Assembly (NCBI GenBank): GCA_963664815.2
Contig: CAXXHB010000003.1
Coordinates: 2,080,001-2,144,000 of the forward strand
Source of the DNA: Spirochaetota bacterium
GTDB lineage: Bacteria; Spirochaetota; UBA4802; UBA5550
Direction of reading: 5' to 3'
Length of the DNA: 64,000 nt
A model generated the notes under the pieces. It was not told the DNA's origin. It saw only the letters and a list, made by a program, of their open reading frames with translations, and made no database searches. Shown here in pieces: positions 42,301 to 52,486 of the stretch; the first letter of the stretch is position 1; each line of letters begins with the position of its first letter. The translations under genes and the position numbers were made by a program.

Positions 42301-45300
42301 GTCTATCGATTTGGCGTACAGATCGCCGTCTGTTGTCAATACTCCGCTCTTCTCTGTTTTATGCTCTTCCGCATGTTCGTTGTATGCGGCCCTTACATTT
42401 AAACTGCCGCCGGTGGTTATATCGGCTTCGCCCCCTATATTAAGTGTGCTCCCTGTTATATCGGTATCTTTCCCCGATTTTGATGCGTACTGCCCTGCTA
42501 TGTCAATGGCAGATCCGCTGACTGTCTTGTCCGACACCATGTCGCTTTTCTTCTCGGAGCCGTATAATGCCCCACCTGTGGCAAAACCTGTCTTTTCCGT
42601 TGTCCTGCTGTAGTATGATTCGTCATGAACTGCTATTATCCTTTCGGTACCTTCAGCGTCAAGTTCGGCATCTCCACCCGATTTTATATCGCTTCCAACT
42701 ATATTTATGTCGTTTCCGCTCTTTACCTTAAGGTTTCCCCCTGTTGTGAAACCGGAGCTTACAACGGTCTTTGTACTCATATCCACTGTTGTGGTTTCAC
42801 TGCTGAAGGTTTTATTCTCTTTCTTTGTGCCGTGATAACTACTGGTATCATAGTCGTTAAGAAGATTAAAATTACCCGCTGTAGTTATATCGGCGCTTCC
42901 TGTAATGTCAGCTTTGCTCCCGACAAAGTTTATATCCCTTCCCGATGCAAGTACAAGGTTTCCCCCTGATGCAAGCGTGGAACCGGCAGATTCGGAGGTA
43001 GTTGATATTCCGCTTGTATCGTCAGCTTCCTTATAAACGGTATTATTGATCTTAATCGTTTCAAAATTTATATTCCCGCCGGCTTCAATTACCGCGTCAC
43101 CCCCCGATTTTACTTCTGCCCCCCTGTTTGTAAAATTACCCCCGGCGTTTACAGTCAGTTTTCCCCCTGCTTCTATGGATGCTGCTGCACCAACGGTTGT
43201 ATTTACATAGTCCGGATTATATACTGCAGTGCTTACTTCTGTTTCATTTATAATATTTCCATTTACTGCTGTAAGGGTAAGGGAACCGCCGCTTTTTATT
43301 GTTCCCCCGCTATTTGTTATATTGCCATTCGCGGTTATTTCCACAGAGCTTTTCCCTTCAATCCTGCCGGCATTGCCTACATTGCCATCAGCATTGATAT
43401 TAACCGAATTACCCGCTATTGTTGAACTGCTGTTCTTTGAAAATCCCTCTATTATATGTTCAGGTATATATATCTTCGGTACAAGGACTTTCTGACCCAT
43501 TACCTCATCTTCCACATACCATATAATTGGCTGCTGCAGCCTGTTTATCTGGTCTTTGCTCAGTTCAACTCCCACTGCAAGTTCAAGATCCCTGTAGGCG
43601 CTGGCTGCGTTGTCAAGAAGCCATGTCATCTGCTCCTGGTCGCTCTTTATACTCTCGTCAAGGTACCTGTTTGAAGTGGCTTTAAGGATGGATTCCGTAA
43701 CAAGCTTCTGCTCATAAAACGCATCACCGAGAAATTTCACATCCTTTTCAGGGTTAAATCCTATCCTGGTCAGCAGGTACTGTGAACCCTTAAGCTTTTC
43801 TACATCTATATATTCATTTCTTGTTTCTATAAGGTAGGTCGAACCTGGAGCGCTGTTTACTGTAAAAAGAGCATTTCCGTCATTGTTTATATTTATATTT
43901 TGAGAAAGATCAATGGCTCCATTATTTGCAATTGCTTCATATGCCTTATCAACAGTATTTCCGGATAGTACAACTCCCGGCTTATTCTCCTCTACAAATC
44001 CATTGTTAACCGCACCGCCTGTTAAAGTAACCTTTCCGCCGGCGCTTATAATGGCTTTATCATTGGATACTACATTAATGTATCCGGCTTCCCACACTTC
44101 CGAATAATCATCCCCTTCATCATATTCTGTCCAGCCCCAGTGGCAAAATTTTTTTGTCCAGTGATGTTTATGCCCCATATAATTAAGCTGCGCTACATAT
44201 TCATTCCTGTTGTTTGTTTCATTTATAAGAGTGGCTGCATTTATTGTAATATCAGCTCCTGCGGATATTACGCTTCCATGGTTTTTAACCTCTCCGGATG
44301 TTATGTCCAGATTTCCACCCGCCTTAATAGTGGAATAATCAGTATGCATCAGAGACTGGGAGAGCACATATTGATCCATTACAGCCCAGCATTCATCCCC
44401 ATAGTCCCCTACATGAACAAATGTTGTGGTATACCCGTAGGTATCCTCCCCCGTATTTTCAAGCCTGCCGTCTGCTCCAAGGTTTATTGACATGTTTTTT
44501 TCAGATTCAATATTTGAGGAATAATTATATATACTGTTCCCTGTTGGAGCGGTACCTGTAATAGTCATATCTCCCATAGAATATATATAGCTCTCATTAA
44601 GACCACTCTTGGTATTTTTAAGGGAACCTGTCTCAATAGTCATCTTGTTGCCGGAAAATATCAGGGCTCCGCTGTTAAGAATTGTATCTGCGTGTATAGA
44701 AAGATCATTTCCCGATGATATTTCTTTATAATTACTTATATTTTTCCCATTTATAGCCATATCTGATGCGTTGCTTATAATGCCGCTGTTGACAATATTA
44801 CCGCCGGATGATATTGACACCCCCTGTTTTGAAACAATGCTGCTTCCGCTGCTGTTGACTATATTACCGGAGGCGTTTATCCCTATTGCTCCGTTCATTG
44901 AGAGGTTAATGTTGTTTGTAAAGTCAGCAGAGGATATGCCGAGGTGCTTCTCTGCATATATGGAAGATATTCCGCTGTTCAGGGTAACGTTTCCGGTCAT
45001 ATCTATCCCGATATTACCGGCAGACTTTATCTCTCCGCCAAGTATGTCAAGGCTGCCGTTACCATGTATGCTTATTGTGCCGTTTTCACCAGCTGTTGTA
45101 ATACTCCCGCCGTTATTGTCAAGAGTTCCTGTTGCGGCTATATCTATATTACCCGAGGAGGCTATTTTCCCCCCGTTATTGTCAATTAACCCTGCCAGCG
45201 ATATATCCTTAAGGGCCTTTATGCTCCCCCTGTTGGTTATATTTTTAGCGGAATAGCCTGCGTTCTCCATGGCGAAGGTATTGCCGTTCTGTTTTATATC

Positions 45301-46251
45301 ACCTGAAATGGAGGTTACTGTTACATTTTTCGCAGACTGTGCATTTTTCAGTTCAATATTGCCGTCAGCCGATATTTTTATATCCGATACATCGGCAACC
45401 ATATCACCGTCCGATTTTACGCCAACGCCCTTCTCATTGCTTACCACTGTAATTCGCCCTGCATATATGCTTCCAAGGGCGGAGGCGTCAATCCCTATCT
45501 CAGGTTTCGGTTCGCCTGTATCCTTCTGTGTAAATGTTTTGTCATTATAGTTATAAAACCCGGTTCCCGTATTTATGCTTACATCCTTTCCCCATATGCC
45601 GCCGTTAAGGGAGGCTACCCTTGATACTATTTCAAAATAGTTCACCTGCCCGGCATCTATCCCCTTCCCCTCAACTATCAGTGAACCGCCGCTTATATCT
45701 ATGCCTTTAAAGACATCGGAATCGAAGACAGCCCTCCCTGTGGCCAAGGTTACCCTGGGCATATTGATAAATGAGGCTCCGTTGCACATTATACCGTTGG
45801 GGTTTACAAGGACAAATTCCGCAGATTTACCAAACATCTCCGTGGCTCCCAGCAGGCTGCTTCTTCCGGAGCCCGTCACTTCGTTTATTACAAGAGAGGC
45901 GGCGACGCCGCTGCTCTGGTAATTGGGATTTCCATACATGGCGCCCCCCAGAACAGACACACCCATATTTACGGAGTTGTTGAGTATTACGCCGCCGGTA
46001 CCTACATTATAGTTCTGAAACATGTTGTGCGAAACGCCGTTTGAGTTTGCTGTTGCGAGGTTTACTACTGTTACGCCGTTCTGTGCGGTATCCAGAGTGG
46101 GTTTGTTCGCCGCCGAGGTATCGACAGTTATATCCGCAGCGTATAATGGAGGCAGTGCAAAGGTACACATCTCACCTGCCAGCAGAAGTACAAGTAATTG
46201 CTTGAAGATCTCTTTTAACCTTTTCATAACACTTATCTTCCCGGGTAACAT
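39340..46251 (-). CDS. cdiA: CdiA-like TpsA filamentous toxin, primary copy (PT-TG-like segment + ART-like tip)
   Basis: Signal peptide, TPS domain, FHA repeats, FYEQ motif; tip TLYRAV..EL.DI...G...KYFST. Confidence 0.9.
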   Translation of the reverse strand: MLPGKISVMKRLKEIFKQLLVLLLAGEMCTFALPPLYAADITVDTSAANKPTLDTAQNGVTVVNLATANSNGVSHNMFQNYNVGTGGVILNNSVNMGVSVLGGAMYGNPNYQSSGVAASLVINEVTGSGRSSLLGATEMFGKSAEFVLVNPNGIMCNGASFINMPRVTLATGRAVFDSDVFKGIDISGGSLIVEGKGIDAGQVNYFEIVSRVASLNGGIWGKDVSINTGTGFYNYNDKTFTQKDTGEPKPEIGIDASALGSIYAGRITVVSNEKGVGVKSDGDMVADVSDIKISADGNIELKNAQSAKNVTVTSISGDIKQNGNTFAMENAGYSAKNITNRGSIKALKDISLAGLIDNNGGKIASSGNIDIAATGTLDNNGGSITTAGENGTISIHGNGSLDILGGEIKSAGNIGIDMTGNVTLNSGISSIYAEKHLGISSADFTNNINLSMNGAIGINASGNIVNSSGSSIVSKQGVSISSGGNIVNSGIISNASDMAINGKNISNYKEISSGNDLSIHADTILNSGALIFSGNKMTIETGSLKNTKSGLNESYIYSMGDMTITGTAPTGNSIYNYSSNIESEKNMSINLGADGRLENTGEDTYGYTTTFVHVGDYGDECWAVMDQYVLSQSLMHTDYSTIKAGGNLDITSGEVKNHGSVISAGADITINAATLINETNNRNEYVAQLNYMGHKHHWTKKFCHWGWTEYDEGDDYSEVWEAGYINVVSNDKAIISAGGKVTLTGGAVNNGFVEENKPGVVLSGNTVDKAYEAIANNGAIDLSQNININNDGNALFTVNSAPGSTYLIETRNEYIDVEKLKGSQYLLTRIGFNPEKDVKFLGDAFYEQKLVTESILKATSNRYLDESIKSDQEQMTWLLDNAASAYRDLELAVGVELSKDQINRLQQPIIWYVEDEVMGQKVLVPKIYIPEHIIEGFSKNSSSTIAGNSVNINADGNVGNAGRIEGKSSVEITANGNITNSGGTIKSGGSLTLTAVNGNIINETEVSTAVYNPDYVNTTVGAAASIEAGGKLTVNAGGNFTNRGAEVKSGGDAVIEAGGNINFETIKINNTVYKEADDTSGISTTSESAGSTLASGGNLVLASGRDINFVGSKADITGSADITTAGNFNLLNDYDTSSYHGTKKENKTFSSETTTVDMSTKTVVSSGFTTGGNLKVKSGNDINIVGSDIKSGGDAELDAEGTERIIAVHDESYYSRTTEKTGFATGGALYGSEKKSDMVSDKTVSGSAIDIAGQYASKSGKDTDITGSTLNIGGEADITTGGSLNVRAAYNEHAEEHKTEKSGVLTTDGDLYAKSIDAAGNGATTAAGSAITAGKLKASTGGDFLMEGSAINAGIAEFDTTGSFTETSAKETSYEYSIHEKTTMGINMDLFTNPKNAFDYDQGRASVTLAGGSYDSVKERTDRETQSSSKLNVSEDLTVNSGKNITVAGSEINTGGDVTLTAAENVSIKTTEEKTSHTAEETHGSVEFSFGGKNAATDVAYATKALVEAKEAVVKAKNDYEKYRESLKKAEDDHKNNLIDQDDLDSIREQEAFYIANIALCGENVVAKTAALLQSAAGAAGSAEAFGFSGDAQFEIDATKTKSTSESTTAKASTIKTGGSFTVTAGSKAEVKGSSVAAGEDITLDAENVEISAAENRESSSEDKKHANMKVSFGTSGAIGVNASADSTETDSESKTYTNAHLSGNNIKIKSSEDTTVIGGVVKAKNELDLDVNGSLVVQSLQDKSKNSSQTIGASGGVSVTGENVSGNAGVNANFSTGKKSWVTEQTSLTGGTVNVDVEDKTTLRGAVIASTTDNLTLTTGSLEFSNIKDKDVSFNAGGSASGSFKPTENTYSSSLNYGYTDNRQTNLATIGAGTITITKPETSAEGLNRDVTISQYNTYSGGLKGGVTVDTATVELIKDREKTLYNTVDALESGLTEAEKTAKKVDQEIETTIEKTENLLKFDHYTEDKNVSSYQTMDEYEKKVENGKPVSAQEKLDYYELKKAVGEKLSPEEQQDENKAIQTRTKEVANDLKQDILDTYTKDGALVINAKIALLEKLDPDAAHAIKVRFAEERAEIAYAKQLAVNSGLRDAEIQQGNEIAKETKMFANEGVSAQGICGGVDDVLFGAVIGANTLATGKNQYGEEATDTEKGFAAAAIILPIIPIGGTGKVVENIGEEAFEHGDDIANAAGKIVEKVQTLYRAVGPNELADIQSSGVLRNLGSAEGKYFSTYAEDAASYAKQAVNGFGDAPYTLIKTDVPKTIFEGLTPAIVDRGISAWVIPDERLEKLVPTVLDYMPLTSR

Positions 46252-46331
46252 GTTTTTTCAACAGGCGCCCTTTACCGGTTTGTTTATGTATGTCCGGTTT
46301 TATATTTTTTTTAAATCAGATAACTCCCTGG

Positions 46332-46697
46332 TTACTTTTTTATGGCCTTGATCATTTTATTGCATATGTCGTTAAAGATCTCCGCTTCAGCCCCTTTAAG
46401 CTTGGCCCTCTGCATAAAGAAAAGAAAATTTTTCGCCATTGGAAGGGGGAAATCAATTTCAACCGACTTTTTTTTATCTGAACTTACACTCTTGTATTCA
46501 TCTACAAGAAGATTCTTGATATCTATGAACGGCATTACCTCATCGCCTCTGAGGTCAATAGTGTTAAGAATATTTATACAAAGGGCTAGCTCTTCAGAGG
46601 TGAATTTTATACTTACCTTCGGGTCCTTTGCAACTGCCGCTGTCATTATACCCATTATTAACACTGCACAGATTGATGTTTTAAAAAAATTATTCAT
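46332..46697 (-). CDS. 121-aa exported protein between cdiB and cdiA
   Basis: Signal peptide; two internal ~40-aa repeats. Confidence 0.75.
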   Translation of the reverse strand: MNNFFKTSICAVLIMGIMTAAVAKDPKVSIKFTSEELALCINILNTIDLRGDEVMPFIDIKNLLVDEYKSVSSDKKKSVEIDFPLPMAKNFLFFMQRAKLKGAEAEIFNDICNKMIKAIKK

Positions 46698-46896
46698 AAA
46701 AGCATGGTTTCTTTTTTTTAAATATTTATTTACCCGTATTATATTCCTGAATAAACAGATAAAAAATATATTTAAATCACCGGCGCAATTTGCTCCGGAG
46801 ATTATATTATTTCTTTATTCACACTAAAATATATCTTCAGGAATCAATACATAAATTATATTAATATTTTTATATTCTTAAAATTGTCAACTCAAA

Positions 46897-48729
46897 TTAC
46901 TCTTTTTTATCATTCTTTTTTGTAAACATATTCCATGTTTCTTCGCCAAGACCGGAAATACTCATAGTGGCGGTACAGTAAATAATATGACTGTTTTCAT
47001 CCAGGAAATCGGGCTGGTGATGCTTTTTCGAATATGTAAAGTTTACATTGATTATCCCGGATGTGTAAACAATACCGGTTGAATACCCTGTTATATAACC
47101 TTTTCCCCTGCCGTAATTTGAATCTTTACCCTCTTTTTCAATTATATAGCCGTAATCATACCCTGTAAAAAACTTTAATCCCTTTAAACAGCTCCATATT
47201 GAGGAAAAATCAAAAACAGAGAGATCGTTTCTTATATAAAAACCGCGGTCACCTGTAATTGATGAATCCCTGAACCCCCTTACGCTGTTCATATCACCTA
47301 TGGATATCTTTTCCGAACTGTAAAGTGTATCCATTCCGTACTGGCCGTACGAATTTAAAAGATAACCGAAATACTGACCGAAGATGGTAAAGGTTTTATT
47401 CCATAAAATACTCATATCATATTTATCAAACTGCGCCCTGGGAGTGTCGCCGGTCAGATCGTCTCCGTCTTTATATGCATCAAAGTATTTAAGCCCCCTG
47501 TGGTAATTTGCAGTGCCTGAAAAATACCCCCCGAAGAGATATGTGCTGTAATCAAGACCCGCCTTGAATATGGATAGTTTCCTGCTTGTTGTCTCTATTT
47601 TTGCATCCTCTATAAAGCTTTCCTTGTTCTTCAGTGTCAGAGAGCTCTTTCCTTTAAACCTGTTATATTTATATCTTCCGATCATTCTCTCTATGCTGAA
47701 AATCATGCTTGTGTCATCTCCGGAGGATTTAAAATCCCTGCTGAGCCCTGAAATATACTGCATATATTCCGAACGGCTGTATACCGAAGAGAATGTCCAG
47801 TATCCAACCGGCAGGCTGAAAAACATGGTATAGCTGCGGTTATACTTTTTATCAGTATCGCTGTTCATGCTCTTTGTATAATCAAAGGATACATTATCAT
47901 TGAAGCTTAACAGATCATCAATGTTTACCGTAAGCTTACCCCTCTGTTCACCGGTATTTTTCTGCCCCAGATTATCATAACCGACATCAAGGCCAAGCCT
48001 GCTCCGTGTATCATTGTATATGACAACCTTCGATGAGCCAGTTTCATCACCGGGTATTATTTTCATTGTGGCATTATTTGACTGCAGCCGGTTCATCTGC
48101 TCAATCCCGTAATCGAGGTCTTTAATATTAAGGTAATTACCCTCAAAAAACGGGAATGCCGCCGAAACCTGCAGCCTGTCCCTTAAACTGTCACTTTCAG
48201 GGGAAATTCTGCCTATATACCCGTTAATTATCGTCAGGGTTATTACGCCCGATTTTATGTTCTGGTTAAGGGGAATCTTCACCCTTGCGGTGATATAACC
48301 CTTGTCTATAAGTATGTTTGTTATGCTTCTTACGAGTATGGTCAGGTCATTATAGCTTATCTCTTTATTAAGAAAAGGTTCAAGCAGATTTCTTTTCTCC
48401 CTTCCGCTCAGAAGCTCATCATTTTCAAGGATTATTTTATTTATAAGAAACCTGTTTCCATCTTCAACGACGTTTATTCCGCTCCCTTTTTTCTCTGTTT
48501 CTTTTTTATCTGTTTCCTGTTTCTCACCTTCTTTAAGCTCAAGGCCTATCCTCTCTTTCTCCCGCAGTTTCTTTTCAGTTTCAAACCGCCTACGTTCAAT
48601 CTCTCTTATCGCTTCATCCGATGAACTTACTGCGGCAAACGCATCCATGGATATAAAAAAAACGGATAGTAAAACAGAGAGCATAATAAAGAGCAGACCG
48701 GATGCCGAAGATTTTTTATAAATAAACAT
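46897..48729 (-). CDS. cdiB: TpsB (ShlB/FhaC/HecB) outer-membrane transporter
   Basis: POTRA motif DKGYITARV, LNIKDLDYGIEQMNRL, YDNLG, SVRGF motif. Confidence 0.93.
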   Translation of the reverse strand: MFIYKKSSASGLLFIMLSVLLSVFFISMDAFAAVSSSDEAIREIERRRFETEKKLREKERIGLELKEGEKQETDKKETEKKGSGINVVEDGNRFLINKIILENDELLSGREKRNLLEPFLNKEISYNDLTILVRSITNILIDKGYITARVKIPLNQNIKSGVITLTIINGYIGRISPESDSLRDRLQVSAAFPFFEGNYLNIKDLDYGIEQMNRLQSNNATMKIIPGDETGSSKVVIYNDTRSRLGLDVGYDNLGQKNTGEQRGKLTVNIDDLLSFNDNVSFDYTKSMNSDTDKKYNRSYTMFFSLPVGYWTFSSVYSRSEYMQYISGLSRDFKSSGDDTSMIFSIERMIGRYKYNRFKGKSSLTLKNKESFIEDAKIETTSRKLSIFKAGLDYSTYLFGGYFSGTANYHRGLKYFDAYKDGDDLTGDTPRAQFDKYDMSILWNKTFTIFGQYFGYLLNSYGQYGMDTLYSSEKISIGDMNSVRGFRDSSITGDRGFYIRNDLSVFDFSSIWSCLKGLKFFTGYDYGYIIEKEGKDSNYGRGKGYITGYSTGIVYTSGIINVNFTYSKKHHQPDFLDENSHIIYCTATMSISGLGEETWNMFTKKNDKKE

Positions 48730-48745
48730 TATCTTTCACCGCTCT

Positions 48746-50191
48746 CTACATCCGGCAGGTTTTACGTATATCAGTATCTGTCTTCCAGCCGAGTTTTGCG
48801 GCTTTTTTAAAATCACTGCAGGCTTCGTCTTTCAGATCCATCTTTATCCGGGCATTACCCCGGTCATAATATGTTCTCGGGTCATCCGGCTTAAGTTCAA
48901 TAGACCTGCTATAATCGGCAACTGCCCCTTCAAAATCCTTCAGTCCGGCTTTTACAAGCCCCCTGTTCCCGTAAGCCTCCGCGCTGCCGGGCACAAGTTC
49001 AATGATCCTGCTGTAATCGGCTATTGCGCCGTTATAATCTTTTATTCTGTATTTAAGAAATCCCCTTGCAAAATACGATTTTTCATAGTCCCCTTTAAGT
49101 TCAATGGCCCTGTTAAAGTCTGACAAAGCTCCCTCGAAATCATTGATCTTTTCCTTTATATTTCCCCTGTTCAGATAACAGAAAATATCCCCCGGTTCCA
49201 GCTCCGAAACTTTACTGTAATCGGCTATGGCGCCGGCATAGTCCTTTGTCTTATCCCTTGCATCACCCCTGTTGTAATATGCGCCTGTATAACGGGGCTT
49301 CAGATCAATGGCAATACTGTAATCCGCTATTGCCTCGATATATTTTTCAATGGTATAGTTTATATAACCCCTGCGGTTGTATGCTTCGGCGCTGTCAGGT
49401 TTTAATCTTATTACCGCGTTGAAATCGCTTATTGCACCACGGTAGTCAGCAAGCGCACTTTTTGCGTCTCCCCTGTTGAAATATGCATCAGAATAATCAG
49501 GTTTCAGATTGACAGCTGTTGTGCAGTCGGCAAGGGTATTTTTATACCCTCCAAGCATGTACCATGCATACCCCCGGTTGTTGAATGCCTCGGCATATGA
49601 ATTATTAATGCTTATTGCCCTGCCGAAATCATTAATTGCAGCCTTGAAGCTCTTTAAAATTATTTTAACAAGACCCCTTTTGTTATACCCTTCTGCAGAG
49701 CGGGGATCAAGTTCAATGGCTTTTGTGTAATCGGCTGCAGCTTCATTATACTTATAAAGCTTAAGGTATGCATCACCCCGGCATATGTATAATTCAGAAT
49801 CATCAGGCATAAAACCGGCAGTTATAGTAAAGTCTGCAACGGCGCCGTTATAATCGTCGTTTGAAAATTCAACACTGCCCCTGTTTCTGAAAGCATCAGT
49901 AAAATCGGGTTTAAGCTCAACAGCCTTTGTGAAGCATTCAATACTCTCTCTGTATTTTTTTTCCTCTTTCAGGAGAATACCCTTCGCAAACCAGCCGTAT
50001 TCAGAACCGGGTGATATTTTTACTATATCTTTAAAAACTGGTAACCTTTCTGCAGCGTTCTGAATACTGACAGATTTTTCATACAGCTCTTTTGCCCTTA
50101 GCCTTTCATATTCACTCCCTCTCACGCATGAGACCAGAACGAGCGAGGCAGCGGCTGCCATACAGATAATCATGGTTATAGTTTTTTTCAT
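48746..50191 (-). CDS. Tetratricopeptide-repeat lipoprotein
   Basis: Many AY.NRG...AIADY..AI.L.P repeats; lipobox-like LVSC; ends 16 bp before cdiB. Confidence 0.9.
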   Translation of the reverse strand: MKKTITMIICMAAAASLVLVSCVRGSEYERLRAKELYEKSVSIQNAAERLPVFKDIVKISPGSEYGWFAKGILLKEEKKYRESIECFTKAVELKPDFTDAFRNRGSVEFSNDDYNGAVADFTITAGFMPDDSELYICRGDAYLKLYKYNEAAADYTKAIELDPRSAEGYNKRGLVKIILKSFKAAINDFGRAISINNSYAEAFNNRGYAWYMLGGYKNTLADCTTAVNLKPDYSDAYFNRGDAKSALADYRGAISDFNAVIRLKPDSAEAYNRRGYINYTIEKYIEAIADYSIAIDLKPRYTGAYYNRGDARDKTKDYAGAIADYSKVSELEPGDIFCYLNRGNIKEKINDFEGALSDFNRAIELKGDYEKSYFARGFLKYRIKDYNGAIADYSRIIELVPGSAEAYGNRGLVKAGLKDFEGAVADYSRSIELKPDDPRTYYDRGNARIKMDLKDEACSDFKKAAKLGWKTDTDIRKTCRM

Positions 50192-50524
50192 ATCATAGCT
50201 TCCCTTTCACGCTTCGCCGGGAAATCTTTTTTTCATATGAATTTAACGCAGGAACAAGTCAGGGGGGTATATAATTCAGGATTTTTTATACCGGATATTG
50301 AAGGTAAAACAGATATTTTCATAAAAATACTCCCGACTGTTTTATATCAAGAGTACCATATTCATCAGATTTCTTTATGTATTTTTGTATATATTACCAG
50401 TGACCTACCCGCAAAGTTAAAGTCAATACCTTTTTCACTGCATTTACCACTTTTTAAAACAAGCCTGATAACGAAATTTTTAATCAGTACCGTATTCCGG
50501 GCGTTTCCTGACTGCCCGCCTCAT

Positions 50525-51403
50525 CTATCCCGCGCATGTTATCATGCAGTGATTCATAAGGCTTTCATTGTCAGGAAACCTGCTGTCTGTTTCCTGCAGT
50601 CTTTTATTATAATCATCTGTTAAAGGCTTTTTACTCTGCTCAATAATTGCAGAACATAGCGCGAAGGAGAACTCCGGTGAAAGGTATACGCTCCGCGCAC
50701 ACTTCAGGATTCCCGTGTCGGCATCTACAAGGTGTATGCGGAGCAGTTCCTCCCATCCGGTTTCATCCGGCATTGCCGGGAGTGTCCGCATATTATCCGG
50801 CACAAGGTGAACGGAAAAGGGGGAATATCCATTTACCGGTATCAGATGTTTTTTGAAGTCTGTAAACTTATATACAAGAAGAATTATGTCATCCTTCGTA
50901 AATAATCCCAGCTGCAGCGGCATTTTCCGGATAACCTCTGTCACATACCTCGATGGACTCTTTAAAAAGAATCTCAGTTCATGATTATTGCTGAAATAGT
51001 TATATTCCACAGCCTCGGGCCAGGACGTCATTTCCGGCAGATACAGCTCCCCGACTTTCAATGCATACCTGACATTTGAATTCCCCGTATCAAACTCCCT
51101 GTCCCCCTGTTCTGTTATAAAACCAGTTTCTGTATTATATTCACAATCAATTATTATAAAGCCCTCCCGGGTTGTATATCCTCCGAGTACGGTTTTTACA
51201 GGAGCCGACACCAGCCTGTTATGATAATCATCTTCAGTCATCCCCTCAAACAGAGTATTTTCAGGAACACACAGGATCCTGTGCCCGCTGTTTCGCGTAT
51301 ACACATACCATGGAGATATATCCCCGGGGAGCGGCGAGTGGTATTTTATACCTGTCTCAACATTCTCCTCCAGCAGTTTTTTTATAATCTGCTCTTTTGA
51401 CAT
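50525..51403 (-). CDS. Hypothetical protein
   Basis: 292-aa ORF, no recognised motif. Confidence 0.65.
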   Translation of the reverse strand: MSKEQIIKKLLEENVETGIKYHSPLPGDISPWYVYTRNSGHRILCVPENTLFEGMTEDDYHNRLVSAPVKTVLGGYTTREGFIIIDCEYNTETGFITEQGDREFDTGNSNVRYALKVGELYLPEMTSWPEAVEYNYFSNNHELRFFLKSPSRYVTEVIRKMPLQLGLFTKDDIILLVYKFTDFKKHLIPVNGYSPFSVHLVPDNMRTLPAMPDETGWEELLRIHLVDADTGILKCARSVYLSPEFSFALCSAIIEQSKKPLTDDYNKRLQETDSRFPDNESLMNHCMITCAG

Positions 51404-51789
51404 TTCAGTTTACCGTCTGTTTATTTTTATTCTCTGGTGACCGGGCTTTTTACGCAGCCATGTGCCGCGTCTCTGATGTACCGTGATAAACGCCGCAAAG
51501 TGCCCTGCCTTAAACAAAATCAGCTTATCCATTAATCCGTGCAACATATATAATTTTAATCTCAATAACGCAATATAAATTTATATTTATAACATCATTA
51601 AAGGATTAAAGAGATTTGCAGTATTTTCTGCAGACATGAAGTCCCTTACACGAACATACTTTCATCGTGCATCGGCTGTTTCAGATGCAAATTTACAGCA
51701 GATTTATGACAAATTTCACAATCTGCTTACAGAGTATTCATTTTCGCTTTAATTTCGCTTTAATTACGCCTCAAACACGTCAGCGACAG

Positions 51790-52329
51790 TTATAAACGCA
51801 CATTTTTCTCTGTCGGTAACGGTGCTGAAACGGTATTGAAACGGTTTTCAACAGGGTCTACATACTGCCTGAGTCCCGCTTTAACATATTTACCTTTATC
51901 TTTTATAGCATCAATATTACTCTGCCTGTCTGCTGATCTTCTGTTTTCTGAACAGTAACAGGTATATTCTGTAACTTCAGCGGAAGCAGATACGATCACC
52001 GCATCCCCTGTACCGCTGCTTCCAGATGATGTTACAGGTGAACCTGGAGCAATGCCGCGAAGGTATTCAGACATAAAAAGATTGTACCCTGACTTTCTCT
52101 TTCTCTTTGCCCTTTCTCTGTAAATATTCTTCTCCTCTTCCGGAAGAACCTGCCAGGCCTTAACACCGCCGCCGAAATTACCCCTGCACTTCACCTGCGG
52201 CTCAGTTCGCGGATTCTTAGGGATAGTACGTCTCTTTATATAGATTTTGCCGTAACGCCTGTAAAGCACAAGACCATCCAGACCTCCATGCGCAGTTCTT
52301 AAATAGGGATGAAGCTTAACTTTTGCCAT
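51790..52329 (-). CDS. Basic, probable nucleic-acid-binding protein
   Basis: RBS AAGGAG before MAKVK; NPRT..Q...R..F...W..L.EEEK..Y...A...SGYNLF pattern. Confidence 0.65.
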   Translation of the reverse strand: MAKVKLHPYLRTAHGGLDGLVLYRRYGKIYIKRRTIPKNPRTEPQVKCRGNFGGGVKAWQVLPEEEKNIYRERAKRKRKSGYNLFMSEYLRGIAPGSPVTSSGSSGTGDAVIVSASAEVTEYTCYCSENRRSADRQSNIDAIKDKGKYVKAGLRQYVDPVENRFNTVSAPLPTEKNVRL

Positions 52330-52486
52330 AGATTTACACTCCTTTTTGTTTTTAAATAGAGATTTATGTCTCTTATAACCAGTGCGGAAAAACAAATGAC
52401 ATGGGGCAAGCAGATTTTAAAAAATTTTTTATGCATTTAAACCAGATTTTTCAAAGGATGTATTTTGCTTTGCCCCTTTCAGGGGT

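Noticed and set aside
2236-46251. Diversity-generating retroelement explaining the repeated variants
   Set aside because: No reverse transcriptase; variation is block replacement and mostly synonymous SNPs, not adenine-specific.
15454-46351. Many plus-strand ORFs opposite cdiA and the orphans (e.g. 292 aa at 16435, 20232, 35320, 40715)
   Set aside because: Antisense shadows of the coding strand, repeated only because the trunk is repeated.
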